From positions 1 to 58,613 of the forward strand of contig JAAZCX010000032.1 in NCBI GenBank assembly GCA_012513065.1: a DNA stretch of 58,613 nt, in the 5' to 3' direction. The notes beneath the pieces are model-generated. The model worked only from the letters and a program-made list of their open reading frames with translations, did not search any database and was not told where the DNA came from. Positions 38,442-47,250 of the stretch are shown here, one piece after another. The position numbers and the translations under genes were made by a program. Position 1 is the first letter of the stretch, and each line of letters opens with the position of its first letter. Origin of the DNA: Clostridiaceae bacterium (GTDB lineage: Bacteria; Bacillota; Clostridia; TANB77; CAG-508).

Positions 38442-39365
38442 ATGAATCAAATATTATATACTAATAATGAAAAAAAGAAAGGTGGACAACTAGAAATTAA
38501 TGTGGTTCTAAGAATATTTGCAATACTTTGTATTGTTTTTGGAATTATACTAGTAGGACAAGCTTCTTTTGCTATGATAAATAAAAAAGACCTAAGTGAA
38601 AGTATTCCATTAGTAGAGATTACTAAAGAGGGAAATACTTTATTATTAAACGTAAAACACGATAAATTAATAGATAAAATTATATACAATTGGAATAATG
38701 ATACAAATGAAATAGTTTTACAAGGAAAAGGTAGAACACAATTAGAAGAAAGTATTAAATTACCAATTGGAATAAATACATTAATGCTTAAAGTAATTGA
38801 TATAGAAGGAAAAACAGTTTCATATAATCAAAACTATGAATTAGAAGAGGGAGATGTAACAAATCCTGAGATAGAACTATTAGTTGATGGTGCAAAAGTA
38901 AAAATAGTTGTAAAAGATGAAACAGAATTAGATTATATGGCTTACTATTGGAATAACGAAGATCAAACAAAGATACAAGTAAGAGAGGAATCTCCAAAAC
39001 AAATAGAAGAAAAGATTTCTATATTAAAAGGAGAAAACACATTAACTATTATAGCCGTAGATAAATCAGGAAACGAAGGCAAGAAAGAACAAACATTTAA
39101 AGGAACAACAAGACCAGTAATTAATTTAGCAAGAGATGAAAAAATATTAATTATTAATGTGACTGACGAAGAAGGATTACAAAAATTAGAATATACATTA
39201 AATGGAGTATATTACTCTACAGATCCAAACAATGAAGGAATTTCATTAAATAGAAAAGAACTAGAAATAAAACAAGCATTAAATGATGGCGAAAATAAAA
39301 TAACGATTAAAGCATATAACATTAACGGACTAGACACAGAGGTTTCTGGGGAAGCAACAATCTAA
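38442..39365 (+). CDS. Membrane-anchored protein with three Ig-like beta repeats
   Basis: N-terminal TM; repeated G(I/E)NxxxIxxxD/N motifs (GINTLMLKVID, GENTLTIIAVD, GENKITIKAYN). Confidence 0.65.
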   Translation: MNQILYTNNEKKKGGQLEINVVLRIFAILCIVFGIILVGQASFAMINKKDLSESIPLVEITKEGNTLLLNVKHDKLIDKIIYNWNNDTNEIVLQGKGRTQLEESIKLPIGINTLMLKVIDIEGKTVSYNQNYELEEGDVTNPEIELLVDGAKVKIVVKDETELDYMAYYWNNEDQTKIQVREESPKQIEEKISILKGENTLTIIAVDKSGNEGKKEQTFKGTTRPVINLARDEKILIINVTDEEGLQKLEYTLNGVYYSTDPNNEGISLNRKELEIKQALNDGENKITIKAYNINGLDTEVSGEATI

Positions 39366-39420
39366 CTTATAAAAAGAAAGGAAATATGTTAGGAAAAATT
39401 AAACTAACATATACTGTTAA

Positions 39421-40239
39421 ATGAAAATGGAGACAATTTTATATTTTATAGCATATCTTATTCTATATTCTTTTGCAGGTTGGGTATTAGAATCTGTATC
39501 GAAAACAGTAGAACAAAGAAAATTTGTTAATAGTGGTTTTTTAAACGGACCAATATGTCCTATTTATGGATTTGGTGCAATTATAATGATTCTATGCTTA
39601 AGCTTTTTAAAAAATAATCCGATTTTGTTATTTATACTTTCATTCTTTATTTTATCAATATGGGAATATTTTGTTGGAGTATTATTGGAAAAAGTATTTA
39701 AAACAAAATATTGGGATTATTCACACTTAAAGTTTAATATTCAAGGAAGAGTATGTTTGAAAAACTCATTATTTTGGGGAGTTTTAGGAGTAGCATTTAT
39801 ATGCTATATACATCCATTTATTGAAAGTTATATTACTTCAATATCAATTAATACATTATTTTATATAGATATTATAACTGGAATAGTAATCATAGTAGAC
39901 TTAATTATAAGTACAATAGCTGTTACTAATTTTGAAGCTGCTATTAAAAAGGTAAATGAATTAGGAGAAACTATTAAAGAAAAACTTGAAGAATTAAAGA
40001 AAATCAATAAAAGAACAAAAGTTAAAACTATTAAACCAGAAAAAACTAGTATTGAAAACATAGAAAAAATTATTAGAGAATTAAATATTGCACAAGCAAA
40101 ATTGAAAATAAAAATTTATAGGCAAGCAAATCGTTTAAAAACTGCATTTCCTAGTATGAAATCAGAAACGATAACATCATTTTTAAATCAAAGGATAGAT
40201 TTAAAGAAACTAAAGGAAAGTATTAAAAATAAGGAGTAA
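39421..40239 (+). CDS. Putative ABC-transporter permease (CmpB/TMEM229-like)
   Basis: YSFAGWVLE..GFLNGPICPIYGFG..WDYS..FNIQGRVCL signature. Confidence 0.85.
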   Translation: MKMETILYFIAYLILYSFAGWVLESVSKTVEQRKFVNSGFLNGPICPIYGFGAIIMILCLSFLKNNPILLFILSFFILSIWEYFVGVLLEKVFKTKYWDYSHLKFNIQGRVCLKNSLFWGVLGVAFICYIHPFIESYITSISINTLFYIDIITGIVIIVDLIISTIAVTNFEAAIKKVNELGETIKEKLEELKKINKRTKVKTIKPEKTSIENIEKIIRELNIAQAKLKIKIYRQANRLKTAFPSMKSETITSFLNQRIDLKKLKESIKNKE

Positions 40240-40242
40240 TTT

Positions 40243-41181
40243 ATGATACAAGAGATATATTTAATTGATGATAATCCAGATTTAAAAGAAAATTTAAAAA
40301 AGATATTCAAAGGAGATAAAGAATATCGTTTTACTAGTGTTGCTACAGAAAAATTAGATATAGCCTTAAAGAATATTCCTTCATTAATTATAATAAATGA
40401 AGATAATATAAAAGAAGATATAGTAGAACTTTGTAAAAAGATAAAAGAAGATGAAGATAACAGTATTACTCCTATTATTATATTATCTTATAATAGAGAC
40501 CATGAACATAGAATATCTATGTTAGAACTAGGTATTTCTCATTATATAATAAATCCAATTGATGAGGAATATTTATATTATACAATAAAAAATATACTAA
40601 GATTAATCTATATTAATAGAAGAGTTAGCCCTTTAACAGGTCTTCCTGGAAATGTACAAATACAAGCAGAAATGAAGAAAAGATTTTCTAGTAAAGAAAC
40701 ATTTGCTATGGTATATTTAGATTTAGATAACTTTAAAGCCTATAATGATATATATGGATTTTTAAAAGGTGATGAAATCATTAAATTCACAGCAAAAACT
40801 ATATTAAAGAATATACATACTGACGAATATGAAGATAGTTTTGTCGGACATATTGGAGGAGATGATTTCGTAGCTATAGTATCTCATATAGATTATGATA
40901 GAATATGTCAAAATATTATTGCAGATTTTGATCTTAATGTAACAAAATATTTTACAGATCAAGACGCAGAACAAGGATACATAGAAGTAGAAAATAGAAG
41001 AGGAGTTGTTGAACAATTTCCACTAACATCAATCTCAATAGGAGTTGTAGAAGTTGAAAAAGGAAGATTTGCAAATGTTCTAGAAATTGGAGAAGCTGGA
41101 GCTAGTGTTAAGCATTTAGCAAAGACAATTCATGGAAGTACATATGTAGTAGATAGAAGAAAACATGAAGAAACTAAATAA
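40243..41181 (+). CDS. Receiver-like domain + GGDEF diguanylate cyclase
   Basis: LIDDN..TPIIILS receiver fold; SPLTGLPGN, DLDNFKAYND.YG..GD, GHIGGDDF. Confidence 0.9.
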   Translation: MIQEIYLIDDNPDLKENLKKIFKGDKEYRFTSVATEKLDIALKNIPSLIIINEDNIKEDIVELCKKIKEDEDNSITPIIILSYNRDHEHRISMLELGISHYIINPIDEEYLYYTIKNILRLIYINRRVSPLTGLPGNVQIQAEMKKRFSSKETFAMVYLDLDNFKAYNDIYGFLKGDEIIKFTAKTILKNIHTDEYEDSFVGHIGGDDFVAIVSHIDYDRICQNIIADFDLNVTKYFTDQDAEQGYIEVENRRGVVEQFPLTSISIGVVEVEKGRFANVLEIGEAGASVKHLAKTIHGSTYVVDRRKHEETK

Positions 41182-41198
41182 AAGAGGTTAAAAAATAT

Positions 41199-41579
41199 AT
41201 GAGTCCCAAAATTAAAAAAATGATAAATTTAGAACTAGGAATTTTATTTTTAGTTCTAATTATTTTTATAGTGATTAAAACTAATATTGTTTCTGTAATA
41301 CCAAAATGCTTTACATATACTACATTTGGTATATTATGCCCAGCATGCAAGGGAACAAGATGTGTTATGAATTTAATAAATGGTAATTTTTTAGAAAGTT
41401 TCAATTGCCATACAGTATTTTTTATTACAATATTATATTTGATATTTGTAAATATAATTTATATTATAAATTCTTTTAGAAAAAAAGAAGTACTTAAATT
41501 TTTATATCCAAAGAAGACATTTTGGATTACATTTCTAGTAGTATTAATAATTTTTACGATATTAAGAAATATAATATAA
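41199..41579 (+). CDS. DUF2752-family membrane protein
   Basis: C-F..FGILCPACKGTR..H motif with a C-terminal ILRN. Confidence 0.85.
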   Translation: MSPKIKKMINLELGILFLVLIIFIVIKTNIVSVIPKCFTYTTFGILCPACKGTRCVMNLINGNFLESFNCHTVFFITILYLIFVNIIYIINSFRKKEVLKFLYPKKTFWITFLVVLIIFTILRNII

Positions 41580-41642
41580 TTGACCAAAATTAAAAATAAA
41601 TGTATAATATATACATAGAGTAGTTTGAAAGGAGAAATTAAG

Positions 41643-41993
41643 ATGGAAAAAAATATAGAAGAACAAGTAGTTAAAAATTCAAAAGTTACAGGTTTAAGTA
41701 TTGCAGCTTTAGTTTTAGGAATTATATCAATAGTATTATGGTGTGCATGGTTTATATCTATACCATGTTCAATACTTGCATTAATATTTGGTATAATTGG
41801 AATTAAAAAACCAGGAAAAGGACTTGCAATTGCAGGATTAGTGACTGGAGCAATTTCATTAACAATATGGCTTGTATTATTCATGGCAACATTTGCAGTA
41901 GGATTTATGGAAGGATTAAATGGAGAAGAAGGAATAATAAATAAAGCTAAATATGCTAGTTTTGCAACTGAAATGCAAAAAATAAAAGAATAA
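41643..41993 (+). CDS. DUF4190-like small membrane protein
   Basis: SIAALVLGIIS..ALIFGIIG..GKGLAIAGLVTG. Start likely the ATG at 41643 (AAGGAG upstream). Confidence 0.8.
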   Translation: MEKNIEEQVVKNSKVTGLSIAALVLGIISIVLWCAWFISIPCSILALIFGIIGIKKPGKGLAIAGLVTGAISLTIWLVLFMATFAVGFMEGLNGEEGIINKAKYASFATEMQKIKE

Positions 41994-42030
41994 AATAAAT
42001 AAACTCTCATATTATATATAAAGTATTTAT

Positions 42031-42759
42031 ATGGGAGTTTTTAATATGATTATAATAAATAAAAAAAGAATATTATTGATGATGGGAATATTATTAATCG
42101 CTACATTTACATTTTCTATGCAAACTTTTGAAAATGAAAAAACAATAAGTACGGTAGCATTGCCAGTTAGTAATAAAGTAATAGTAATAGATGCGGGACA
42201 TGGAAAACCTGATGAAGGAGCACAAAGTAGTAATGGAACAACAGAGGCAGAAACTAATTTGAAAATTGCATTAAAATTACAAACTCTTTTAGAACAATCA
42301 GGTGCAACTGTTATATTAACAAGAAGTGATGAAGAAGCAATATATGATTTGGATAGTAAAACATTAAGACAAAAGAAAATATCAGACATTCATAATAGAG
42401 TAAAAATAGGTAATGAAAGTAAAGCAGATATATTTGTATCGATACATTTAAATAAAATACCACAACAACAATATTTTGGTTGGCAATGTTTTTATAAGGA
42501 AAAAGATGAATCAAGTATTAGACTCGCTAAAAGTTTACAAGAAAATTTAAATGAATCAATTCAAAAAGAAAATAAAAGAGTAGCAATGAAATTGGAAAAT
42601 GTCTATATTATGAAACATGTTGAAATACCAATTTCAATTGTAGAATGTGGATTTTTATCTAATCCAGAAGAAGAGAAACTATTATTAGAGGATAGTTATC
42701 AAGATAAATTAGCATGGGGTATATACAATGGAATTATAGACTATTTTTATAATAGTTAA
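42031..42759 (+). CDS. cwlD: N-acetylmuramoyl-L-alanine amidase, spore-cortex CwlD-like
   Basis: IDAGHG..E..NL.IA, SIHLN, VECGFLSNPEE..YQDKLAWGIY. Confidence 0.85.
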   Translation: MGVFNMIIINKKRILLMMGILLIATFTFSMQTFENEKTISTVALPVSNKVIVIDAGHGKPDEGAQSSNGTTEAETNLKIALKLQTLLEQSGATVILTRSDEEAIYDLDSKTLRQKKISDIHNRVKIGNESKADIFVSIHLNKIPQQQYFGWQCFYKEKDESSIRLAKSLQENLNESIQKENKRVAMKLENVYIMKHVEIPISIVECGFLSNPEEEKLLLEDSYQDKLAWGIYNGIIDYFYNS

Positions 42760-42767
42760 AACATAAA

Positions 42768-42797
42768 AAATCACGAACTAGGTTAGTTCGTGATTTA
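42768..42797. terminator. Bidirectional terminator between the convergent cwlD and pgsA
   Basis: AAATCACGAACTA-ggt-TAGTTCGTGATTT. Confidence 0.85.
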
Positions 42798-42814
42798 TAT
42801 TTTTATAATTATTT

Positions 42815-43369
42815 TTAATTTTTAATTTTTAAATTTTCCTTTTTTAAATATCCTTGTCTATAAAATGCATCAAAATACATAAATAATGAAAATATTGTTG
42901 CTATTAATGCTAAATAATAAACGTAAATATCAAAATCAAATGTTAAATTAAAGAATCTAATTGATATAGAACAAATAATAGCTAAGTAAAAGATTACAGT
43001 TGATAATTTTCCATACCATTTGCTAGAAACTACTAATTCTTTTCCGTATAAGAAAGATGATCCAGCAATCATTAGAAACTCTTTTATAAAAACTATTATT
43101 AACATCCAAAATGGTATAACATTTTTTATAGCTAATGTAACAAGAATAGATATTTGAGTAGTTTTATCTGCAAGTGGATCGATTAGTTTACCAAAGTTAG
43201 TAATACAATCAAATTTTCTTGCTATAAATCCATCCAATACATCTGTAAGCCCAGAAGCTGTTAGAAATATAAAAGCTTCCATATATTTATCTTGAAATAG
43301 ATATACTATGATAAATGGTATTAAAATAAATCTTAAAATTGTTAATGCGTTTGGTACATGTTTTAGCAT
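42815..43369 (-). CDS. pgsA: CDP-alcohol phosphatidyltransferase (PgsA-like)
   Basis: PNALTILR..TDVLDGFIAR..FGKLIDPLADK. Confidence 0.88.
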   Translation of the reverse strand: MLKHVPNALTILRFILIPFIIVYLFQDKYMEAFIFLTASGLTDVLDGFIARKFDCITNFGKLIDPLADKTTQISILVTLAIKNVIPFWMLIIVFIKEFLMIAGSSFLYGKELVVSSKWYGKLSTVIFYLAIICSISIRFFNLTFDFDIYVYYLALIATIFSLFMYFDAFYRQGYLKKENLKIKN

Positions 43370-43394
43370 AAATAATCCTCCTATAATACTTCGA

Positions 43395-45710
43395 TTAATC
43401 TTCTATGATAGAAAAATAAAGTTTATCATCTAGAATATCAACAATTACTTTTTGTCCGTTTTTTAATTCTCCTTTTAAAATCTTATCAGATAATTCATCC
43501 TCTAGATAACGTATAATTGCTCTTCTTAATGGTCTTGCACCATATTTTAAATCAGTTCCTTTATCTAACAAATATTCCTTAGATTTATCTGTCATATCTA
43601 AAGAAATATTTTTATCAGATAAAGCTTTTTTGGTATCTTCTAACATTAAATCAACAATTTGTAATAATTGATTTCTATTTAATGGTTCAAATACTACTAT
43701 TTCATCAACACGGTTTAAAAATTCTGGTCTAAAACTTTGTTTTAATGCATCTAATATTTTTGATTTGTTTCCTATACTATTTCCACCAAAACCTATTGAA
43801 TTAGTATTTGAGTTAGAGCCTGCATTAGATGTCATAATAATAATTGTATTTTCAAAATTAACAGTATTTCCTTGATTATCTGTTAATCTTCCATCATCTA
43901 AAACTTGTAATAATATATTAAATATATCTGGATGAGCTTTTTCAATTTCATCCAATAAAATTATTGAATATGGCTTTCTTTTAACTTTCTCAGTTAATTG
44001 TCCAGCATCATCATAGCCTACGTAACCTGGAGGAGAACCGATTAATTTTGAAGTAGAATGACTTTCCATATATTCAGACATATCTACTCGTATAATAGAA
44101 TTTTCATCTCCAAACATTTCATATGCTAAACTTTTTGCAAGTTCTGTTTTACCAACACCTGTAGGACCAACAAATATAAAAGAAGGTGGTCTTTTTGTAC
44201 TTTTTAAACCAGCACGATTTCTACGAATTGAACGTGAAACAGCTTCAATTGCTTCATTTTGTCCAATTACTCTTTTATGAAGATTTCCTTCAAGATTTAA
44301 TAATTTTAAAGTTTCCTCTTCAGTAATTTTTTTAACAGGTATTTTTGTCCAATTTTCAACAACTTCAGCAATATCTTGAATAGTTAATTGAGCTAATTTT
44401 AATGTAGAATTTATTGAATTTATTTGTTCAATTAAGCTACATTCTTTTGATTTTAATTCAGCAGCTTTTTGATAATCTTCAGTAGAATCTGCTGAAGCTG
44501 CTTCTTCTTTTTCTTCTTCAACTTGTTTTAATTCATTTTTTAAAACTTCTAATTTATATAATGATTTATTATTTAAATTAATACGTGAACACGCTTCATC
44601 TAATATATCTATAGCTTTATCAGGTAAGAAACGATCATGAATATATTTTTCTGACATAATAACAGTTTGTTTAATTACATCATTTGAAATTTTTACCTTA
44701 TGGAAATCTTCATAATATTTTTTTATTCCTTCTAAAATATCTATAGAATCACTAATAGAAGGTTCTTCAACGATAATTGGTTGAAATCTACGTTCTAAGG
44801 CAGTGTCTTTTTCTATATATTTACGATATTCTTTTAGAGTAGTTGTACCAATTAGTTGAATTTCACCATTTGCAAGTGCAGGCTTTAAGATATTTGCAGC
44901 ATTCATAGAATGTTCTGCATCTCCAGCACCAATAATGTTATGAATTTCATCGATTACTAAAATAACATTCCCTAAACTCTTACATTCATCCATAATAGAT
45001 TTCATTCTTGCTTCAAATTGACCTCTAAATTGTGTACCAGCTATAATTGCAGTCATATCTAATAAATAAACTTCTTTATTTAATAATTTTGCAGGTACTT
45101 TTCCAGATGATATCTTTAAAGCTAGTCCTTGTGCAATTGCTGTTTTTCCAACACCTGGTTCACCGATTAAACAAGGATTGTTTTTAGAACGTCTATTTAA
45201 GATTTGAATCATTCTTTGGATTTCTTTATTTCTACCAATTACTGCATCTATTTCATTATTTTTAGCTTTAGTAGTTAGATTTGTTCCAAATGTATCTAAA
45301 GCTTTTCTCTTTTTTTCTTTTATTTTTTTATCTACTTTAACCTTTTTCTTTTCACTAGTAGAAGAATCTTCATTTTTTCCAAACATATTTGAAAAAATTG
45401 CACCTAAAGGAATAGCATTTTGCATATTTTCTGAATTTTCATAATTATCATCTGATATTTGATCGATATTCATAATTGCATCCATATCCATGTTAGGAGC
45501 TATGTCTTGAAACATATTTTCTAATTGTTCTGTCATACTTTTTATATCATCTTCTGACATATTTGCTTGTTTTGATAATGCGCTTAAAGGGTTAATTCCT
45601 TTTTTCTTAGCACATTCATAACATAATCCTTCTGTTGCTATTGATTTATCGGGCATTTGCTTATTAATAAAAATAACAGCCGTATTTTTATTACATATTG
45701 AACATAACAT
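43395..45710 (-). CDS. Clp/Hsp100 ATPase with an N-terminal Zn finger (ClpE/ClpC-type)
   Basis: CSIC..CYEC N-terminus; two AAA modules (GEPGVGKT, GPTGVGKT); UVR-like coiled coil; GARPLRR. Confidence 0.93.
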   Translation of the reverse strand: MLCSICNKNTAVIFINKQMPDKSIATEGLCYECAKKKGINPLSALSKQANMSEDDIKSMTEQLENMFQDIAPNMDMDAIMNIDQISDDNYENSENMQNAIPLGAIFSNMFGKNEDSSTSEKKKVKVDKKIKEKKRKALDTFGTNLTTKAKNNEIDAVIGRNKEIQRMIQILNRRSKNNPCLIGEPGVGKTAIAQGLALKISSGKVPAKLLNKEVYLLDMTAIIAGTQFRGQFEARMKSIMDECKSLGNVILVIDEIHNIIGAGDAEHSMNAANILKPALANGEIQLIGTTTLKEYRKYIEKDTALERRFQPIIVEEPSISDSIDILEGIKKYYEDFHKVKISNDVIKQTVIMSEKYIHDRFLPDKAIDILDEACSRINLNNKSLYKLEVLKNELKQVEEEKEEAASADSTEDYQKAAELKSKECSLIEQINSINSTLKLAQLTIQDIAEVVENWTKIPVKKITEEETLKLLNLEGNLHKRVIGQNEAIEAVSRSIRRNRAGLKSTKRPPSFIFVGPTGVGKTELAKSLAYEMFGDENSIIRVDMSEYMESHSTSKLIGSPPGYVGYDDAGQLTEKVKRKPYSIILLDEIEKAHPDIFNILLQVLDDGRLTDNQGNTVNFENTIIIMTSNAGSNSNTNSIGFGGNSIGNKSKILDALKQSFRPEFLNRVDEIVVFEPLNRNQLLQIVDLMLEDTKKALSDKNISLDMTDKSKEYLLDKGTDLKYGARPLRRAIIRYLEDELSDKILKGELKNGQKVIVDILDDKLYFSIIED

Positions 45711-45744
45711 ATATGAGCTCTCCTTCTTAAAAATTCATTACTAT

Positions 45745-45854
45745 ATGATACAACAAAATACCTAAATAGTCAATGAAAAACAATTATTATAATACAAAAA
45801 ATATAGTAAAAAAAATTGAATAAGATTGACTTTTTTAACATTTAAATATATACT
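45745..45854. promoter_or_regulatory. Divergent sigma-A promoters (clp and NlpC/P60 genes)
   Basis: Minus strand TTGACT-17-TATCAT (45773-45745); plus strand TTGACT-17-TATACT (45826-45854). Confidence 0.65.
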
Positions 45855-45898
45855 GTAACCATGATTTCCTTAAATAAAATTGAAAGGATGAATATAAT

Positions 45899-47221
45899 AT
45901 GAAATTATATAAACAAATAGTAATAGGAATATTTACAATATTGTTTAGCTTATTATTTACAACAATATGTATAGCAACTACTAGTGCTATTGTTAATACA
46001 GATACTTTAAAATTAAGAAAAGAAGGGTCTACAGAATCAACTGTTTTAGAATTATTAAATAATGGACAAAAACTAGAAGTTATAGAGCAATCTGGTGACT
46101 GGTATAAAGTAAAAGTAAACAATATAACAGGTTTTGTTCATAAAGATTATATAAAAATACAAGAAGAAGTAGTTCAAGAGAAACCAGAAGAAAAGGTTGA
46201 AGAGAAAAAAGAAGAACTAGTAGAAACCAATACACAAGTTGAAGAACAAACAGTTCAAGAACAAGAAAGCAAAGAACCTGTTACTGAAAATAAAGAATTT
46301 GAAATAAGAGAAGATACTTTAAAAAATGATTCAGATGTATATATCTTACCATTAATAAATTCAAACAAAATTGGTAAATTAAAGAAAAATTCAAAAGTAA
46401 CAATAATGGATGAAACTAATGGATGGTATTATGTTCAAAATGAAGAATTGAATGCATGGGTTCGTAAAGAAGCATTTAATGAAAAAGAAAATAAAACAGA
46501 TGACGTAACTACTAATAATACAAATACAAATCAAGAAGATAAAATAGAAGAAAAACAAATAGAAAAGAAAGTATTATATGTTAATTCACCATCTATTTAT
46601 GTTAGAAAAGGACCAAACACAACATTTGAAGTTGCTGATACTTTAGTTTTAAATGCACAAGTAACAGTTATCGCAGAATCAGGTGATTGGTATAAAGTAG
46701 AAGTTAATGGAATTACTGGATATATTGCAAAAAGATTATTATCAGAACAAAAACAAGAAACAACTTCAAGAAGTGCAGAAGAAAGAATAGAAGAACAATC
46801 ACAAGAAACAGAAGAAAAACAAACTACGAATGTTACTACATCTTCTAAAGGAGATGAAATAGCAGCATTTGCAAAAAAATATTTAGGATGTAAATATGTA
46901 TATGGAGGATCAGGACCAAATACATTCGACTGTTCAGGATTTACAATGTATGTATTTAAAAATTTTGGTATTTCATTAAGTCATTCAGCTACAGCACAAT
47001 CTAAAAATGGTACATATGTAGCAAAAACAGACTTAAAACCAGGAGATTTAGTATTTTTTAAAGATTATGAAACAATGAATGGAATAGGACATGTAGGAAT
47101 ATATATAGGAAATGGTGACTTTATACATGCTTCTTCAGGAACAGGATATTGTGTTAAAACTTCTACTTTATTATCTGGAAGTTATGATAAAAGATATGAA
47201 ACAGCAAGAAGATTATTTTAA
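45899..47221 (+). CDS. SH3b x3 + NlpC/P60 peptidoglycan endopeptidase
   Basis: Three SH3b repeats (GDWYKV..GF/WV/GYI); YVYGGSGPNTFDCSGF..PGDLVFF..GHVGIY..FIHAS. Confidence 0.93.
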   Translation: MKLYKQIVIGIFTILFSLLFTTICIATTSAIVNTDTLKLRKEGSTESTVLELLNNGQKLEVIEQSGDWYKVKVNNITGFVHKDYIKIQEEVVQEKPEEKVEEKKEELVETNTQVEEQTVQEQESKEPVTENKEFEIREDTLKNDSDVYILPLINSNKIGKLKKNSKVTIMDETNGWYYVQNEELNAWVRKEAFNEKENKTDDVTTNNTNTNQEDKIEEKQIEKKVLYVNSPSIYVRKGPNTTFEVADTLVLNAQVTVIAESGDWYKVEVNGITGYIAKRLLSEQKQETTSRSAEERIEEQSQETEEKQTTNVTTSSKGDEIAAFAKKYLGCKYVYGGSGPNTFDCSGFTMYVFKNFGISLSHSATAQSKNGTYVAKTDLKPGDLVFFKDYETMNGIGHVGIYIGNGDFIHASSGTGYCVKTSTLLSGSYDKRYETARRLF

Positions 47222-47250
47222 ATAAATAGGGGCAATCAAAAGGAGATAAT

